A DNA stretch of 64,000 bases from an uncultured Verrucomicrobiae bacterium (lineage in GTDB: Bacteria > Verrucomicrobiota > Verrucomicrobiia > Limisphaerales > Palsa-1400). How positions within the stretch are numbered: the stretch's first letter is position 1; each line of letters opens with the position of its first letter. Below, in pieces: positions 31,649-42,272 of the stretch. Both the position numbers and the translations under genes were made by a program. Under the pieces are notes generated by a model. It searched no databases, was not told the origin of the DNA, and worked only from the letters and a program-made list of their open reading frames with translations. The stretch spans positions 486,864 through 550,863 of the forward strand of contig CAVPOM010000007.1 of the NCBI GenBank assembly GCA_963707025.1, given 5' to 3'.

Positions 31649-33154
31649 TTATTGGTGCAGTGATTTATTCAAGTACAATCGGTAAGTAGCATCCTCATAG
31701 GCCAATGAGTACTCTTCCGAAACAAATCGCTCCATGTCTGCGTCAGGGAATTCCCGAGTTAATAGGATCTGCTCTGGCCTGCGTCGCCTAATTGCCGTGA
31801 GAATCGCATGGTCCGTAATCTGGCCTGACCAAAACCGCTTCGCTGGCAATACGGCCAGCTCGGGAGGCACGCGCAATCCCGCATGAAATGGAAAAATGGT
31901 GAATCGTGTATACACCCATTGTGTTCGACTAGCATAAGTTTTCATGGTTGCAATGAGTTTGCTCTCATTGACCTTTGGCAGGTGTCGAATTCGTTGAATC
32001 TCCAACAGAAAACGTAGCCCTCCACAAACTATCAATGATGTGATCAGGGCCGAAGCCAGGAGCAAGCTACTTACGTTAGCCAGGGTGGGGTGGGGCGATG
32101 CGGTGCTTGCTCGGATTCTTGCCATTCGCAATAGTTCCACGATCGCGTATGCGCTCAGAATTGCCATTGGTACGGCAAAATGGAGGTAATAGTACCCCCA
32201 CCAAGGCCGATGTATCGCATGCACAATGCCAGCAGTAAGAAGCATTATGACGGGAAAAGCCATACGACGCCAATCTCTCTTGAGGAGGATAATAAAAAGT
32301 CCAACTGTGGTGCCGAGCAATCCTTCCACATGGTCTAAAAAGTGCGTTGGAGAAAGCACATGCCCTCTAGCTTCTGCAGACTGCGCTATATTTCTCGAGA
32401 AATGGGAACTCCAAAACTGCCCATAATCGCTACCCAATGTCAGAGATAATATGGAGAATGTGATGGCGATTGCAGTGAGCCAAACAGTCACAGCTTTGGC
32501 GGAAAAACTGGACCAATTCCCCAAAATCATCTCATGTGACGTCAGAATGATATCCATTATTAATGCCGGCAACAGGATGGCTGCGGTGAACTTGATCTCC
32601 AGTGCAGCACCCAGGAGTATACCTGATAATAGCAGCCACCCCCGCCGTCGGGATCGCCTCCATCTAAGCAGCGGCCATGCGGCCAGCATAGCGACACCGA
32701 CGCTTGGAACTTCAAGCATCGCGGAAATGCTCAACTCGAAAACACCTGGTGCGCTAATCAAGAAGATAATGACAATAAATGCCGCCAGGCTGCTAACCAT
32801 TTTTTTCGTCCAAATCCAGCATCCACTGAACAGTCCTATTCCGAAAAGGATGGACACCACTCGCGCAACGAAAACCTGCGTTCCGAACAACTTGAACGCC
32901 GTTCCTAAGAGAACCGTGTGTAATGGCGGCTGGTCATCCCAAACCGGGTTGTACAACTTGTAACCCTGAGACCATAAGGCCGCTTTCGTAACCTCAAAAG
33001 ATTCGTCCGGACCAATACTTATCGCCGAGCGAATTGACGAGGAGCAGAGAGCGAGTGTTGCGGCGACTCCAAAAAGCACAGCCACAGCCCGTGCCTCGGG
33101 TCCCCACATAGTGGACTTTCGAGAATTCAAGGGATTGACAGCCGGTGACTTCAA
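31649..33154 (-). CDS. GT-C membrane glycosyltransferase (ArnT/PMT_2, GT39/83-like)
   Basis: GPDESF...LYNPVWDDQPPL; many TMs; LLGAALEIKFTA. Confidence 0.85.
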   Translation of the reverse strand: MKSPAVNPLNSRKSTMWGPEARAVAVLFGVAATLALCSSSIRSAISIGPDESFEVTKAALWSQGYKLYNPVWDDQPPLHTVLLGTAFKLFGTQVFVARVVSILFGIGLFSGCWIWTKKMVSSLAAFIVIIFLISAPGVFELSISAMLEVPSVGVAMLAAWPLLRWRRSRRRGWLLLSGILLGAALEIKFTAAILLPALIMDIILTSHEMILGNWSSFSAKAVTVWLTAIAITFSILSLTLGSDYGQFWSSHFSRNIAQSAEARGHVLSPTHFLDHVEGLLGTTVGLFIILLKRDWRRMAFPVIMLLTAGIVHAIHRPWWGYYYLHFAVPMAILSAYAIVELLRMARIRASTASPHPTLANVSSLLLASALITSLIVCGGLRFLLEIQRIRHLPKVNESKLIATMKTYASRTQWVYTRFTIFPFHAGLRVPPELAVLPAKRFWSGQITDHAILTAIRRRRPEQILLTREFPDADMERFVSEEYSLAYEDATYRLYLNKSLHQ

Positions 33155-33595
33155 CTTTTACGATAAAGTCCGCGCTCTCGAAGCGCCATGACGCCGAAAG
33201 CACTTACCCAATCAAATCAGCTCAATCAGTCACTGATCGTATGACTTAAATAGCACCCTGGCAGATCCAAAATAGCCCGAATCAAGACAGTCCTTCAATC
33301 AGTTAGGACGCAGTTCCACCGTCTGGTTCCAAATAGCATCGCATCTTCGCTAATGCTTTTCTCATTCACTATTGGTTTTTCCTGTGCTATTGTATTCTTG
33401 TCAACGCGATGGTTGTTTTCGTGATCCCATGCCCAAACGGAAGAAAAAAGCCTAAATGTCATACCCGCTAAATTGTGCAACTTCTTGAGTCAGCCAAAAC
33501 CAATACTGCCAGGGGATTTACTGCCATATTAACCTGCCGCTTGTGTCAGATTCTGAATCCGACACAAGCAAAGCGCTAAGACTGCACACTATTTA

Positions 33596-34012
33596 TTATT
33601 GATTGCTACCATTACTACCGCTACCGTTACAGCCGTCGACCATAGCGCAATCCTCAAACTCTGCATTTATAGGATTGTCAGGGTCTGCAACCCATTGCCC
33701 TGTTGCAGCACTCCATGTGTAATCGTCTTCGGTACAGCTAATCCAGGTATCTGTGATGATACAGCTCGAGGTGGATGAATATGGACGAGCACACATAGGC
33801 TGCCCATACACCACTGACAGCGTGGCTCCGTCATAGTTGCCGACGAAAACAGGCGGCGGTCCCAACGACACCAATGTACATCCCACGCAATGCGAATGAT
33901 TGTAGTGCTGACAGGTCAGACACTGCTGCGCCTGCGCAATAGGACTCAGCAGCCAGCTGACCCCAAAGACAAATGCGGACATAACCAGAGCTTTTAACCG
34001 GGTATTTTTCAT
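33596..34012 (-). CDS. Secreted Cys-rich miniprotein (module A)
   Basis: Signal peptide ending AQA; about 110-aa mature region with 9 Cys; ATGA overlap with the upstream gene. Confidence 0.75.
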   Translation of the reverse strand: MKNTRLKALVMSAFVFGVSWLLSPIAQAQQCLTCQHYNHSHCVGCTLVSLGPPPVFVGNYDGATLSVVYGQPMCARPYSSTSSCIITDTWISCTEDDYTWSAATGQWVADPDNPINAEFEDCAMVDGCNGSGSNGSNQ

Positions 34013-35247
34013 ATTTCTATGCCTTTCGTTTTTTCTCGAATTTGAACATTCGACGACCACAGAGCCTTTGCCATGACCGCCGAAACTCCAATAAAAACCA
34101 GGATAATGACCGGCGGAACGATCTTCTCCCGTCTCAGCCGCCAAATCTCGGATTTTATACTAGGAAGAGACACGAGCTCCTGCTCATTAAGCCATTGCCC
34201 ATTCTTGGCAAGATATCGGGCGCTGGCAATCTTAGGATATTTTCGCTGAATTCTCTCGTCATAGACAATCGTTCTTAGGGACTTGTCCGGGTCGAAGTGA
34301 GGTGTGACGCCGACGGAGGAAAGATTCGTTAGCACGCCATCAATTGTCCAAATATTAATCACGTCTGCTGACGACACGCCCGCGAGTCGAGGCCCGAAGC
34401 AGGCAAGTCTAAAACGTAGAGGCAAGTCAACGACGGCAGTACCACTCACAGGTAGATCGATAGCGAAGTTAGTCTCTTCTAAAACTTCATAGACTTCATT
34501 CGTGAAGCCGTTGCTAAAAGGCTTGGGAGCAGGGTAAAACACCACCTCAGGGTTCCCCGTGATTGTAAGGTTAGTCCCTGCTTTAGACCGAGCGCTTTGA
34601 ATATCCCCCCCAAACGTCCATTGTTTTCCTCGATTCCAGAAAACGATGTGGCGGGGAATGTAATCAGTTTTTCCTAAAAATTCCCATGTGGCACGAAGGG
34701 GATAATCGCTCTGAGACATCGATGCCTTCGGAATCTCGCAAACGGGTGCGATTTTGCCATTGGTTATGGTATTCAAGTACCGGCCGGAACAGAAGGCAAG
34801 CCATACCGGTGCCACGGCAGATCCTCCGAAGGTCGGAATTTGCGTGCATTCCACCTTGCCAGTGGAATCATTCATAACAGCGTTTGTCGGTGACACGAAG
34901 GTAACGTCGTTAGTCCCTCCCTTTACTGTCGTTCGCTTAACAAGATTTGTTCCGGTCATAGCTTTTGAGACGGAGAACAGATTTGTTCCATCGAAATAGG
35001 CCTCGTCGAATTTCCCTGCCTGGGTTCCTCGCGCAACCTCGGTTCGAATTGACCACTTGTCGTCGGCCACATCCACTCGAAAAGTCCGCGTGACAACCTT
35101 TGACGTTTGACCATTGTTGAAAACTGACCACGTCAGGTAACCTTCCCCGTGAAAGCCAGCCGCAGGAATTGTGGCACAACTGGCTAATAAAGCGACAACC
35201 GTTCGGAAGAAACCTCCGGTATGCAAATTGCGTGCAGTAAGTAGCAT
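34009..35247 (-). CDS. Secreted beta-rich protein with C-terminal TM anchor (module A)
   Basis: N-terminal signal; C-terminal IVPPVIILVFIGVSAVMAKALW plus basic tail. Confidence 0.75.
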   Translation of the reverse strand: MLLTARNLHTGGFFRTVVALLASCATIPAAGFHGEGYLTWSVFNNGQTSKVVTRTFRVDVADDKWSIRTEVARGTQAGKFDEAYFDGTNLFSVSKAMTGTNLVKRTTVKGGTNDVTFVSPTNAVMNDSTGKVECTQIPTFGGSAVAPVWLAFCSGRYLNTITNGKIAPVCEIPKASMSQSDYPLRATWEFLGKTDYIPRHIVFWNRGKQWTFGGDIQSARSKAGTNLTITGNPEVVFYPAPKPFSNGFTNEVYEVLEETNFAIDLPVSGTAVVDLPLRFRLACFGPRLAGVSSADVINIWTIDGVLTNLSSVGVTPHFDPDKSLRTIVYDERIQRKYPKIASARYLAKNGQWLNEQELVSLPSIKSEIWRLRREKIVPPVIILVFIGVSAVMAKALWSSNVQIREKTKGIEI

Positions 35248-35319
35248 TGCTATTTTTTAACACGCTGGCTGGATCTTGGCAACAAAAAAATCACTTGGTG
35301 CGGCGTGTTAAGTATGCTT

Positions 35320-35935
35320 ATTCTAAGTTGCTTTCAAGATGAGACTAATTATGCTGGATGCTTTATATGGCAAGACCACGAAGAACCGACCGTGAATTGG
35401 TCCGGAAAGCGTTGGGTGTTTCCCAGCGAACCCAAGACAGCCATGAACTGCGCCAGGCCTTGGCCGTCCTGCTGCCAGCCGAAATGAACGCCACTCTGGA
35501 GCAAACCGCCAGAGTGCTCGGAATTGGGCGTGCGACCGTCGCTCGCTTGCAGCGTGGTTTTGGCGAGCACAAGCTGTCGGCAGCACCACGCAATATCTGG
35601 GGCGGGCGGCGGCGTTACCTGATGAGCCTGCCCGAGGAACGAGAGTTTTTGGAACCGTGGGAGAAACAAGCCAAGGAGGGCGCTGTATTGATCTTGTCCC
35701 AAGTGGGTGCTGCATTGGCGCAAAAATTAGGGCGAAAAGTCAATCGCTCGGTTGTTTGGCGATTGCTGGCTCGGCATGGCTGGCGCAAGGTGGCCCCCGC
35801 TACCCGTCATCTCAAGAGCGATCCCCATGTGCAGTAGGCTTTGGGAAAAAACTCCTCAACTTCCAGAAGCACGTCTGGGATGAATTCCGAAAGAAAGTGT
35901 TTCGAATCGAGTTTTCAATTCGATGAAAGGCATCC
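35320..35935 (+). mobile_element. IS630-family remnant (winged-HTH ORF; DDE part lost)
   Basis: WGGRRRYLMS...VWRLLARHGWRKVAP..RH, then a stop and degenerate sequence. Confidence 0.75.
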
Positions 35936-36033
35936 CGGCGCAGTTAGTCAGCCCTTTCTGCCAAAAGCCTAGTTTCCCTAAAAGGTCCCGCCCCAACATC
36001 TCAACCACGCCAGCCAACCCATCATCAAAATAG

Positions 36034-36489
36034 TCAGACCACCGACACTGGAACTGGCCCATGCTTAACACGACGGGTTATAAGTATCGCTATGCTGCCG
36101 AGAAGGAGATACCCTAAAATAACTTTCGTTATCATATCAGCCACGTTTGCAGGCATGTGAAGAATTGCAGTCAAACTACCTAAGCAAGGACACGGCAGAT
36201 GATAGTCGAGCAGAATCAATCCCACACGATAGACTAAAAACATTGAGGCCAACCAGGCAACCAATCCACTCTGGACAAGCGGGCGTTTGCCAAAAAAGCA
36301 GATACTGGCAACAATCATTTCGAGGCTTCCTACAATCAAAAACAAGTATCGAAATGGAATCAAGAAAATGGGGTCTGGAAATTCCAAAGCCTTAATGTGT
36401 CCAGCACTGCTAAATAGCTTTGCCAGACCTACCAGTCCTAGCAGTATTCCTGCCGAATATAAAAAATACTTGGTCATTGCTCGTTGCAT
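36034..36489 (-). CDS. MauE/DoxX-family membrane protein (module A)
   Basis: Four TMs; AKLF, LEM and PCPCLG (MauE CxCxG). Confidence 0.8.
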   Translation of the reverse strand: MQRAMTKYFLYSAGILLGLVGLAKLFSSAGHIKALEFPDPIFLIPFRYLFLIVGSLEMIVASICFFGKRPLVQSGLVAWLASMFLVYRVGLILLDYHLPCPCLGSLTAILHMPANVADMITKVILGYLLLGSIAILITRRVKHGPVPVSVV

Positions 36490-36597
36490 CGTCTGGCTGA
36501 ATTATGAAAGCGCGGAGTTTTGACAACTCCATAAAAAGGTGACTGTTGCAAACGCGATTGCGATAAACCCACGCATGAAACTCGTTCTAGCTGCGGC

Positions 36598-36909
36598 TCA
36601 GGGCTGCTTCGTACTTTCATATTCTAATGACTCGGCTGAAATCCGAATAGGCCGACCACCTTCAACACTGATTTCGGCGATGGATCCATTAGTGGATGAC
36701 ACCGAAGCAATGATGTTTTGCTTGTTGTTCAAGGTTGTGATGTCACCAAATAGCTTAAGCTTGGCTCCATTTAAGAGTCGAAGCTCCGCTAGAGTTTGAC
36801 CATGAGATTTGAGGCGAAGCACCTCCGACTGCTGGTTGGTGCCTGATTTATCAATGCCAACAGCTCCAAGCGCTAGCGCGAGCACAAGAGACGCAGATAA
36901 TATATTCAT
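36598..36909 (-). CDS. Small secreted hypothetical protein
   Basis: Signal-like MNILSASLVLALALGA; co-oriented upstream of the MauE-like gene. Confidence 0.55.
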   Translation of the reverse strand: MNILSASLVLALALGAVGIDKSGTNQQSEVLRLKSHGQTLAELRLLNGAKLKLFGDITTLNNKQNIIASVSSTNGSIAEISVEGGRPIRISAESLEYESTKQP

Positions 36910-37451
36910 AGTGTAATTATGAGAAACGAACACCGTTGAACGCGATTGTCGGAGCTGAAGCTTCCCGCAGCGAGCCGATGGACAGTCAATTCGCGAAGCT
37001 GGACTCATTGCCGCTCTGTCGTCAGCATAGCCGCCAAGCTTCGTTCAACGACATTCGCACACTCCGGCGCAACTCCAGTGAACGCCGCACTCGATGAATA
37101 CCAGATCGAGAATCTCGTTCGATAGCATACTTTGAGTGGCGTTGGACCGCGCCGTTTGCAAGTACCGCGCTTCAATGCTTCACTTTATTTGCTCCAAAAT
37201 ACACCCTTCACAATCTGTGTCAAGACCTATTTGGCCGTATTTGGCTGGAAAGAGCGAATTATGCCAAGGGCGAAGTCGAATGGATGCAAAACGGGCGGTT
37301 TAGAATGGGATCTTCTTCCTGTGGATTTTCTTCGGAGGATTCGCTGAAAAATCTTCTTCCTTCTTCTCCCCTTTGATTTTTCTTGCGGCTGGATTTTCTT
37401 CCGTTCTTCGGCTCCGTTTTCCGATACTGGTTCCTTTTGATTTTGGAACCG

Positions 37452-38051
37452 ATGAAGCCGCCGCAACCCCGACGCAAGTGCTTGCACTGCAACGAACTTT
37501 TTCTTCCCGATTACCGGGGTGGACAACGCCAGTGCTATTGCCTCAAACCCGACTGCCGCAAGGCCAGAAAACGCGAGCTCATGCGGGCATGGCTGGCCAA
37601 GCCGGAGAACGAAAATTACTTCCGGGATGAGGAGAACGCCCAGCGAGCCCGCGACTGGCAGAAGGAGCACCCGGGCTACTGGAAAAACACCGCTCGCTAC
37701 CGGTGCCGTACCTTACAAGACGGCTGTTCGCAGCAAGTTCCTGCGCCACAAGAAGTTGCGAAAAATGCTCCCGACTGTACCTTACAAGACCTCTGTTCGA
37801 TGCAAGTGCCTCTGTTTGTGGGGCTTATCTCCATGTTCGTCGGCAGTACCTTGCAAGACGACATCGCCACCAGTGCCCGGCGCTTGGTAAGCAAGGGACA
37901 CGACATTCTGGGCATGGTGCCCGGCATGAACCTTGAAAGATTATTGCATGAAAAAACGTGTCCTCAATCCGGAGCGGCTCCGGAAAGTCCCGCCCCAGTT
38001 CAGCTGGATCGATCACCGGCTGGTGCGGGAAAACTACTTCCTCCGGTGTGA
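37452..38051 (+). CDS. IS21-associated Cys-rich hypothetical protein
   Basis: CLHC...YCLKPDCRKARK; WQKEHPGYW. Confidence 0.7.
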   Translation: MKPPQPRRKCLHCNELFLPDYRGGQRQCYCLKPDCRKARKRELMRAWLAKPENENYFRDEENAQRARDWQKEHPGYWKNTARYRCRTLQDGCSQQVPAPQEVAKNAPDCTLQDLCSMQVPLFVGLISMFVGSTLQDDIATSARRLVSKGHDILGMVPGMNLERLLHEKTCPQSGAAPESPAPVQLDRSPAGAGKLLPPV

Positions 38052-38319
38052 TCACGCGGCTTGGGCGCTCTACCTGTTCCTGACCAGCGTGGCCGACGTC
38101 GAGGGACTGAGCTACTACTCCGACGCCTCGCTGATGCGGCGCTTGAAAATAGATCAGGTGGGTCTTTCGGCCAGCCGCCAGCAATTGGTCCAAGCCGGGC
38201 TGATTGCCTATGAAAAACCTCTTTACCAGGTCCTGAGCTTGGAACCCGTCAGCGGAGACCGGTCGGGCCCGGTCAGCGTGGGGGACATTTTGCGCAAGGC
38301 GCTGGGAGGTGCGGCATGA
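37948..38319 (+). CDS. IS21-associated wHTH-like protein
   Basis: FSWIDHRLV...ALYLFL...GLSYYSD; ATGA overlap with istA. Confidence 0.75.
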   Translation: MKKRVLNPERLRKVPPQFSWIDHRLVRENYFLRCDHAAWALYLFLTSVADVEGLSYYSDASLMRRLKIDQVGLSASRQQLVQAGLIAYEKPLYQVLSLEPVSGDRSGPVSVGDILRKALGGAA

Positions 38320-39794
38320 TCGATTATCAAACCTATTGCCAGATTCGGCAGTTGTTCACCGAAAAGAAGCTGGGCCTGCGGCAGATCGCCCGCGAACTCA
38401 AACTGGGTTTGAACACCGTCCGCAAATGGGCCGGGCGGGAGAGTTTTAAGCCCGCCGCCATCCCTCAGCGCCCCAGCAAACTTGATCCGTTCAAGGGCGA
38501 CATCGTCCGCCTGTTGGAACAACATGCTTACTCGGCCCAGCAGATTTTCCAGCAACTCAAGGAGCGGGGCTTCCAGGGACGCTACACCATCCTCAAGGAG
38601 TTCGTGCGCCAGGTGCGCCCCAAACCGCGGCCGGCTTTCCTGACGCTCCACTTTGAACCCGGAGAGTGCGCCCAAGTGGACTGGGGATGCGCCGGTTCGG
38701 TCCCGGTGGGATCCACCCAGCGCCGCCTGTCCTTTTTTATCATGGTGCTGGCCTTCAGCCGCAAAATGTATCTGGAGTTCACGCTGGCCGAAACGATGGA
38801 GCATTTTCTGGCCTGCCACCAGCACGCCCTGGAATACTTCGGTGGGGTGGTGTGCCAGGTTTGGGTCGATAACTGCAAGGTCGCCGTCTTGAGCCGGGTC
38901 GGCACCTCGATCACGTTCAACCCGCGTTACTTGGATTTTGCCAACCATCACGGTTTTCAAATCAGAGCCTGTGGCCCATCTCAGCCCCAGGAAAAAGGGC
39001 GCGTCGAGAATGGCGTGGGATATGTCAAAAAGAACTTCCTCAACGGTCTGCAACTCTCGGATTTTCAAGCCGTTAATCCGGCGGCGCGCTATTGGTTGGA
39101 CACGGTGGCCAATATCCGGGTTCACGGTCAGACCCAAAAAACGCCCCAGGAACTCTTCACCCAGGAAAACCTCAAGCCCCTCCATCCGCTGCCTTATGAG
39201 GCGGCCGTCGTAGGCCCCGTCCGGGTCAACAGTCAGTTCCGCATCATCGTTGATGGCAACCGTTATTCGGTCCCCTGCCAGTATGCGTCGAGCCAGCTCA
39301 CCTTGAAACGGTTCGCCGACCGGCTCCTGGTTTATGACCAGGAGAAGCTGGTGGCCGAACATGTGCGCCGTTACGACCGCAACCAGGACTACGAGTTGCC
39401 CGACCATGTGGCGCCCTTGCTCTTGCACCGTAAAAAGGCACGCGAGCAAAAGCTCTACCTGCGCTTTTTGGCCCTGTGCCCCAAGGCCGACGATTACTAT
39501 CAGCAACTGGAACAGCGGCGTCTCAATCCCAAACATCACGTCCAGAAGATCGTCGCCTTGAGCGAGCTTTATGGCGTCGAAGCGGTCGCTCGCGCCATGG
39601 AAGACGCCTTCACCTATCAGGCTTTTTCCTGCGAATACATCGCCAACCTTTTACAGCAACGCCAGCATCCGCCCGAGGAACCCGGCGCGTTGCACCTGAC
39701 TCGGCAACAAGACCTGCTGGAGTTGGATCTGCCCGCGCCAGACCTCTCTCTTTACGACTCCAAGAACCAACCCGACTCTCCACCCAACCCATGA
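38316..39794 (+). CDS. istA: IS21-family transposase
   Basis: HTH, PGECAQVDWG, VDNCK, EKGRVENGVGYVK and DGNRYSVP. Confidence 0.95.
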   Translation: MIDYQTYCQIRQLFTEKKLGLRQIARELKLGLNTVRKWAGRESFKPAAIPQRPSKLDPFKGDIVRLLEQHAYSAQQIFQQLKERGFQGRYTILKEFVRQVRPKPRPAFLTLHFEPGECAQVDWGCAGSVPVGSTQRRLSFFIMVLAFSRKMYLEFTLAETMEHFLACHQHALEYFGGVVCQVWVDNCKVAVLSRVGTSITFNPRYLDFANHHGFQIRACGPSQPQEKGRVENGVGYVKKNFLNGLQLSDFQAVNPAARYWLDTVANIRVHGQTQKTPQELFTQENLKPLHPLPYEAAVVGPVRVNSQFRIIVDGNRYSVPCQYASSQLTLKRFADRLLVYDQEKLVAEHVRRYDRNQDYELPDHVAPLLLHRKKAREQKLYLRFLALCPKADDYYQQLEQRRLNPKHHVQKIVALSELYGVEAVARAMEDAFTYQAFSCEYIANLLQQRQHPPEEPGALHLTRQQDLLELDLPAPDLSLYDSKNQPDSPPNP

Positions 39795-40534
39795 ACGACG
39801 ATCAACTTGTGACGCATTTGTTTTACCTCAAACTCTCCTATTTTCAGGAGCACCACCAAGCCCTGGCCCAAGAGGCGGCGGAGAAAAACTGGACGCAACT
39901 GGACTTTCTAAGCCGCCTGGCCGAAGGCGAAGCCCTCCGGCGGAAGGACCGGGCGACCCAGCGCCGCATCCAGGCGGCGCGCTTTCCGGTCATTAAAACC
40001 CTCGAACAGTTCAACTGGACTTGGCCCAAGAAAATCAATCGAACCCAAGTGCAAAATCTCTTCCGCCTCTCCTTCCTCAAGGCCAAGGCCAATGTCATTT
40101 TCATGGGCGGCGCCGGCCTCGGAAAGAGCCACTTGGCGACCGCGCTGGCCTATGAGGGCTGTCTGGCCGGCCACACGGTGCTGTTCACCACCGCCATCAA
40201 CATCGTCAACACTCTGGCGGCGGCCCAATCCACCCACCGCCTCAAAGCCGAACTCAAGAAATACATGAGCCCCAGCATAATTTGTATTGACGAGCTTGGA
40301 TATTTGCCGATCAATAAAACCGGCGCCGATTTGCTCTTCCAAGTCTTCAGCCAGCGTTACGAGACCGGTTCGACCATCGTCACGACCAACCAGCCCTATA
40401 AAAACTGGCCCAAAATCTTCAACAACGACAGCACCCTGACCAGCGCCGTGCTGGACCGGCTCCTGCACCACGCCGAAACGGTGATCGTGGAAGGCCGGAG
40501 TTACCGTATGAAGGATCAGATCGAAACACCCTAA
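39791..40534 (+). CDS. istB: IS21-family helper ATPase
   Basis: GGAGLGKSHLA, IDELGYLP and LDRLLHHA...GRSYR. Confidence 0.95.
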   Translation: MNDDQLVTHLFYLKLSYFQEHHQALAQEAAEKNWTQLDFLSRLAEGEALRRKDRATQRRIQAARFPVIKTLEQFNWTWPKKINRTQVQNLFRLSFLKAKANVIFMGGAGLGKSHLATALAYEGCLAGHTVLFTTAINIVNTLAAAQSTHRLKAELKKYMSPSIICIDELGYLPINKTGADLLFQVFSQRYETGSTIVTTNQPYKNWPKIFNNDSTLTSAVLDRLLHHAETVIVEGRSYRMKDQIETP

Positions 40535-40544
40535 CATCCCGCAC

Positions 40545-40859
40545 TCACGGCTCTTTCGGTGGGCTCATTTGCTTCCGCGCCGCCGGGATCGTCGCTTCGT
40601 AGTCCGCCAAATACTTCTCAATCGAGTGCGCCGTGCCAGTGACTCGAAGCTCGGCGTTCACTCGATCAATTAAAATGGGCGCGTTCCCTGCCAGCCTATC
40701 CCGCGTCTCGCCAGAGGCCAAGTATTTACGACTCTGGTAAAAGAAAACCCACCCGTAGGGTCGTTTGAGCGTGTCCTCTTTGACCACAATAGCCTGATCT
40801 CCCGTGACGATCCTAATCCAGGTCTCGGCCAACTCCAACGCTTGAGCAAACGTGAGCAT
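40545..40859 (-). CDS. YrhB / Imm35-like immunity protein
   Basis: PYGWVFFYQSRKYL...LAGNAPILIDR...TGTA. Confidence 0.8.
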   Translation of the reverse strand: MLTFAQALELAETWIRIVTGDQAIVVKEDTLKRPYGWVFFYQSRKYLASGETRDRLAGNAPILIDRVNAELRVTGTAHSIEKYLADYEATIPAARKQMSPPKEP

Positions 40860-41375
40860 ATAATGTTACCCTTTTAATCATGCAACAACCGATCCGTTGT
40901 CAACCGCCCGTTTTGCATCCCGTCCTCGCCGCCGCCCACAAATTACGAATCCCAGATAATTAGACTTCTGGGAGAGCGCCACCATCCTGGTCGCCTCTGT
41001 CGGCGTTTGCAGCATATAGAGCGCCGGGCATCTTTTCAAAAGATAGTGACCGAAACGCCTTCGCGCACCGCTTGCCAGCGCAGACCGGTCAGGCGTTCCT
41101 CGTATTGATTCAAACGTCGGTCCAGTGTGCCCATGACATTCCCCACCAGCGGTCGCACCCGCATCTGCTGCAACACCTTCTCGGTGGTAACAACCTAGTT
41201 CATCACCCGGGCGCGCCCGGCTTTTCCGTACCAGTCCTCGAGCTTTTCTGTAGAAATCGGCTTAGGGTGGTCTCGTCGGTCATCGGTTTCTCTGGTCCTC
41301 CGTTTTGGTATACGTGAGAGGGCGAAGCTGTGACTCGCTCTCCACTTTGACACCAATTGGTGTCAAAACCCCGGA

Positions 41376-41666
41376 TAGCCGGAGCAAATGGGTGAAAAAG
41401 CGGAACGGAAGAGTTTTCCGGCGGAGGGACAAGCTCAAATCGGGGGGCGGCCTGAGTGCGGCGGATTTGCGGAGCGCAGCCGGAGGGTGGCGGGGGCGCG
41501 GAGTCGGAGCGAAAGCCGCCGCTCTCAGGACGGCGGGGAAAAGCGGGTTGGAGACGATTTGGGGTGGTGGAACGAAAGATTTTTGATAGATTGGTATTTT
41601 TGACCCGTACTTATTAGATAAGGCGAATTCTGTTCTGTGTTTGGCGATGGCCGATGTATTTAGTTT
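41376..41666 (+). repeat. ~290-bp non-coding direct repeat, copy 2
   Basis: See 31209..31511; copy 1 has an extra 12-bp internal duplication. Confidence 0.9.
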
Positions 41667-41832
41667 GGCGGGGTGTGGAAGTTAGCACTGGCAATAGGGG
41701 CAGCAGCAAGTGGGCGTTTGGCACGAAGTCCCGCACGAACGAAAAGGTTGCCAATTGGCAACCTTTTTGCAGGTGTTTGAATATGAGCGACTTGCAATGG
41801 CATTTGCCGGAAATGAGAGTTGAAGTGGCATT

Positions 41833-42051
41833 ATGAAACCACAAGCCTTCCCTACAGACACCCCTCCTCCCGTGAGTCGCTTGAGGGCGACTTCAGATCA
41901 ACCTTCGGCCACGGATCCACGGAGAAAAGTCATTGAACTCAAGGTGGCCGTCGAGAAGGGAGGCGAACCGGTGGTTCCCGGGCACATGATCTGCGTTTCG
42001 TGCGAAATCATCAGAAATACACAGATTTCTGATAGATTGGCGTTTTTGTAG
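41833..42051 (+). pseudogene. Truncated paralogue of the N-terminus of 42273..42988
   Basis: ATSDQP...KVIELKVAVEKGGEP vs ATTDQP...SVIELKLVAGKGIEP. Confidence 0.65.
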
Positions 42052-42272
42052 CGTATTCATAGTAACGGGATGTGTGGCCCGCGCGCGGTGATGGCACTTC
42101 TCCTGTTCGGAGGGTTGGGCTGATGTGCGGCCGGCAACTGGGCAAAGGCAAACGGGCATTATTGGACGAACGCGAGGACCAGTGAAAATGTTGCCAATTG
42201 GCAACATTCGTGCAGGTGGTTGAACAACAGCCACTTAGAAGGCAATAAACCGGAAAGAGAGACCAAATCGTT

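Larger units (their letters stand above)
37131..40940 (+). mobile_element. IS21-family element with two upstream ORFs and a passenger gene
   Basis: Exact 19-bp inverted repeat GGATGCAAAACGGGCGGTT at 37282-37300 and 40902-40920. Right end ...GCCGCCGCCCACA at 40940. Left end approximate; no clear target duplication. Confidence 0.7.
41346..42208. promoter_or_regulatory. Three perfect palindromes with a CCAATTGG core
   Basis: TTTGACACCAATTGGTGTCAAA at 41346-41367; AAAAGGTTGCCAATTGGCAACCTTTT at 41742-41767; AATGTTGCCAATTGGCAACATT at 42187-42208. Confidence 0.85.

Noticed and set aside
35301..35328. dif-like site (CGGCGTGTTAA GTATGC TTATTCTAAGT)
   Set aside because: Weak match that coincides with the probable IS630 left end.
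40535..40922. CATCCCG direct repeat as a target duplication around the Imm35 gene
   Set aside because: The second copy overlaps the IS subterminal repeat; a 7-bp match can be chance.
37218..41352. TGTCAA...TTGACA as IS21 termini
   Set aside because: Only 6 bp match. The 19-bp subterminal repeats support ends near 37131 and 40940, and the right-hand hexamer belongs to a palindrome.
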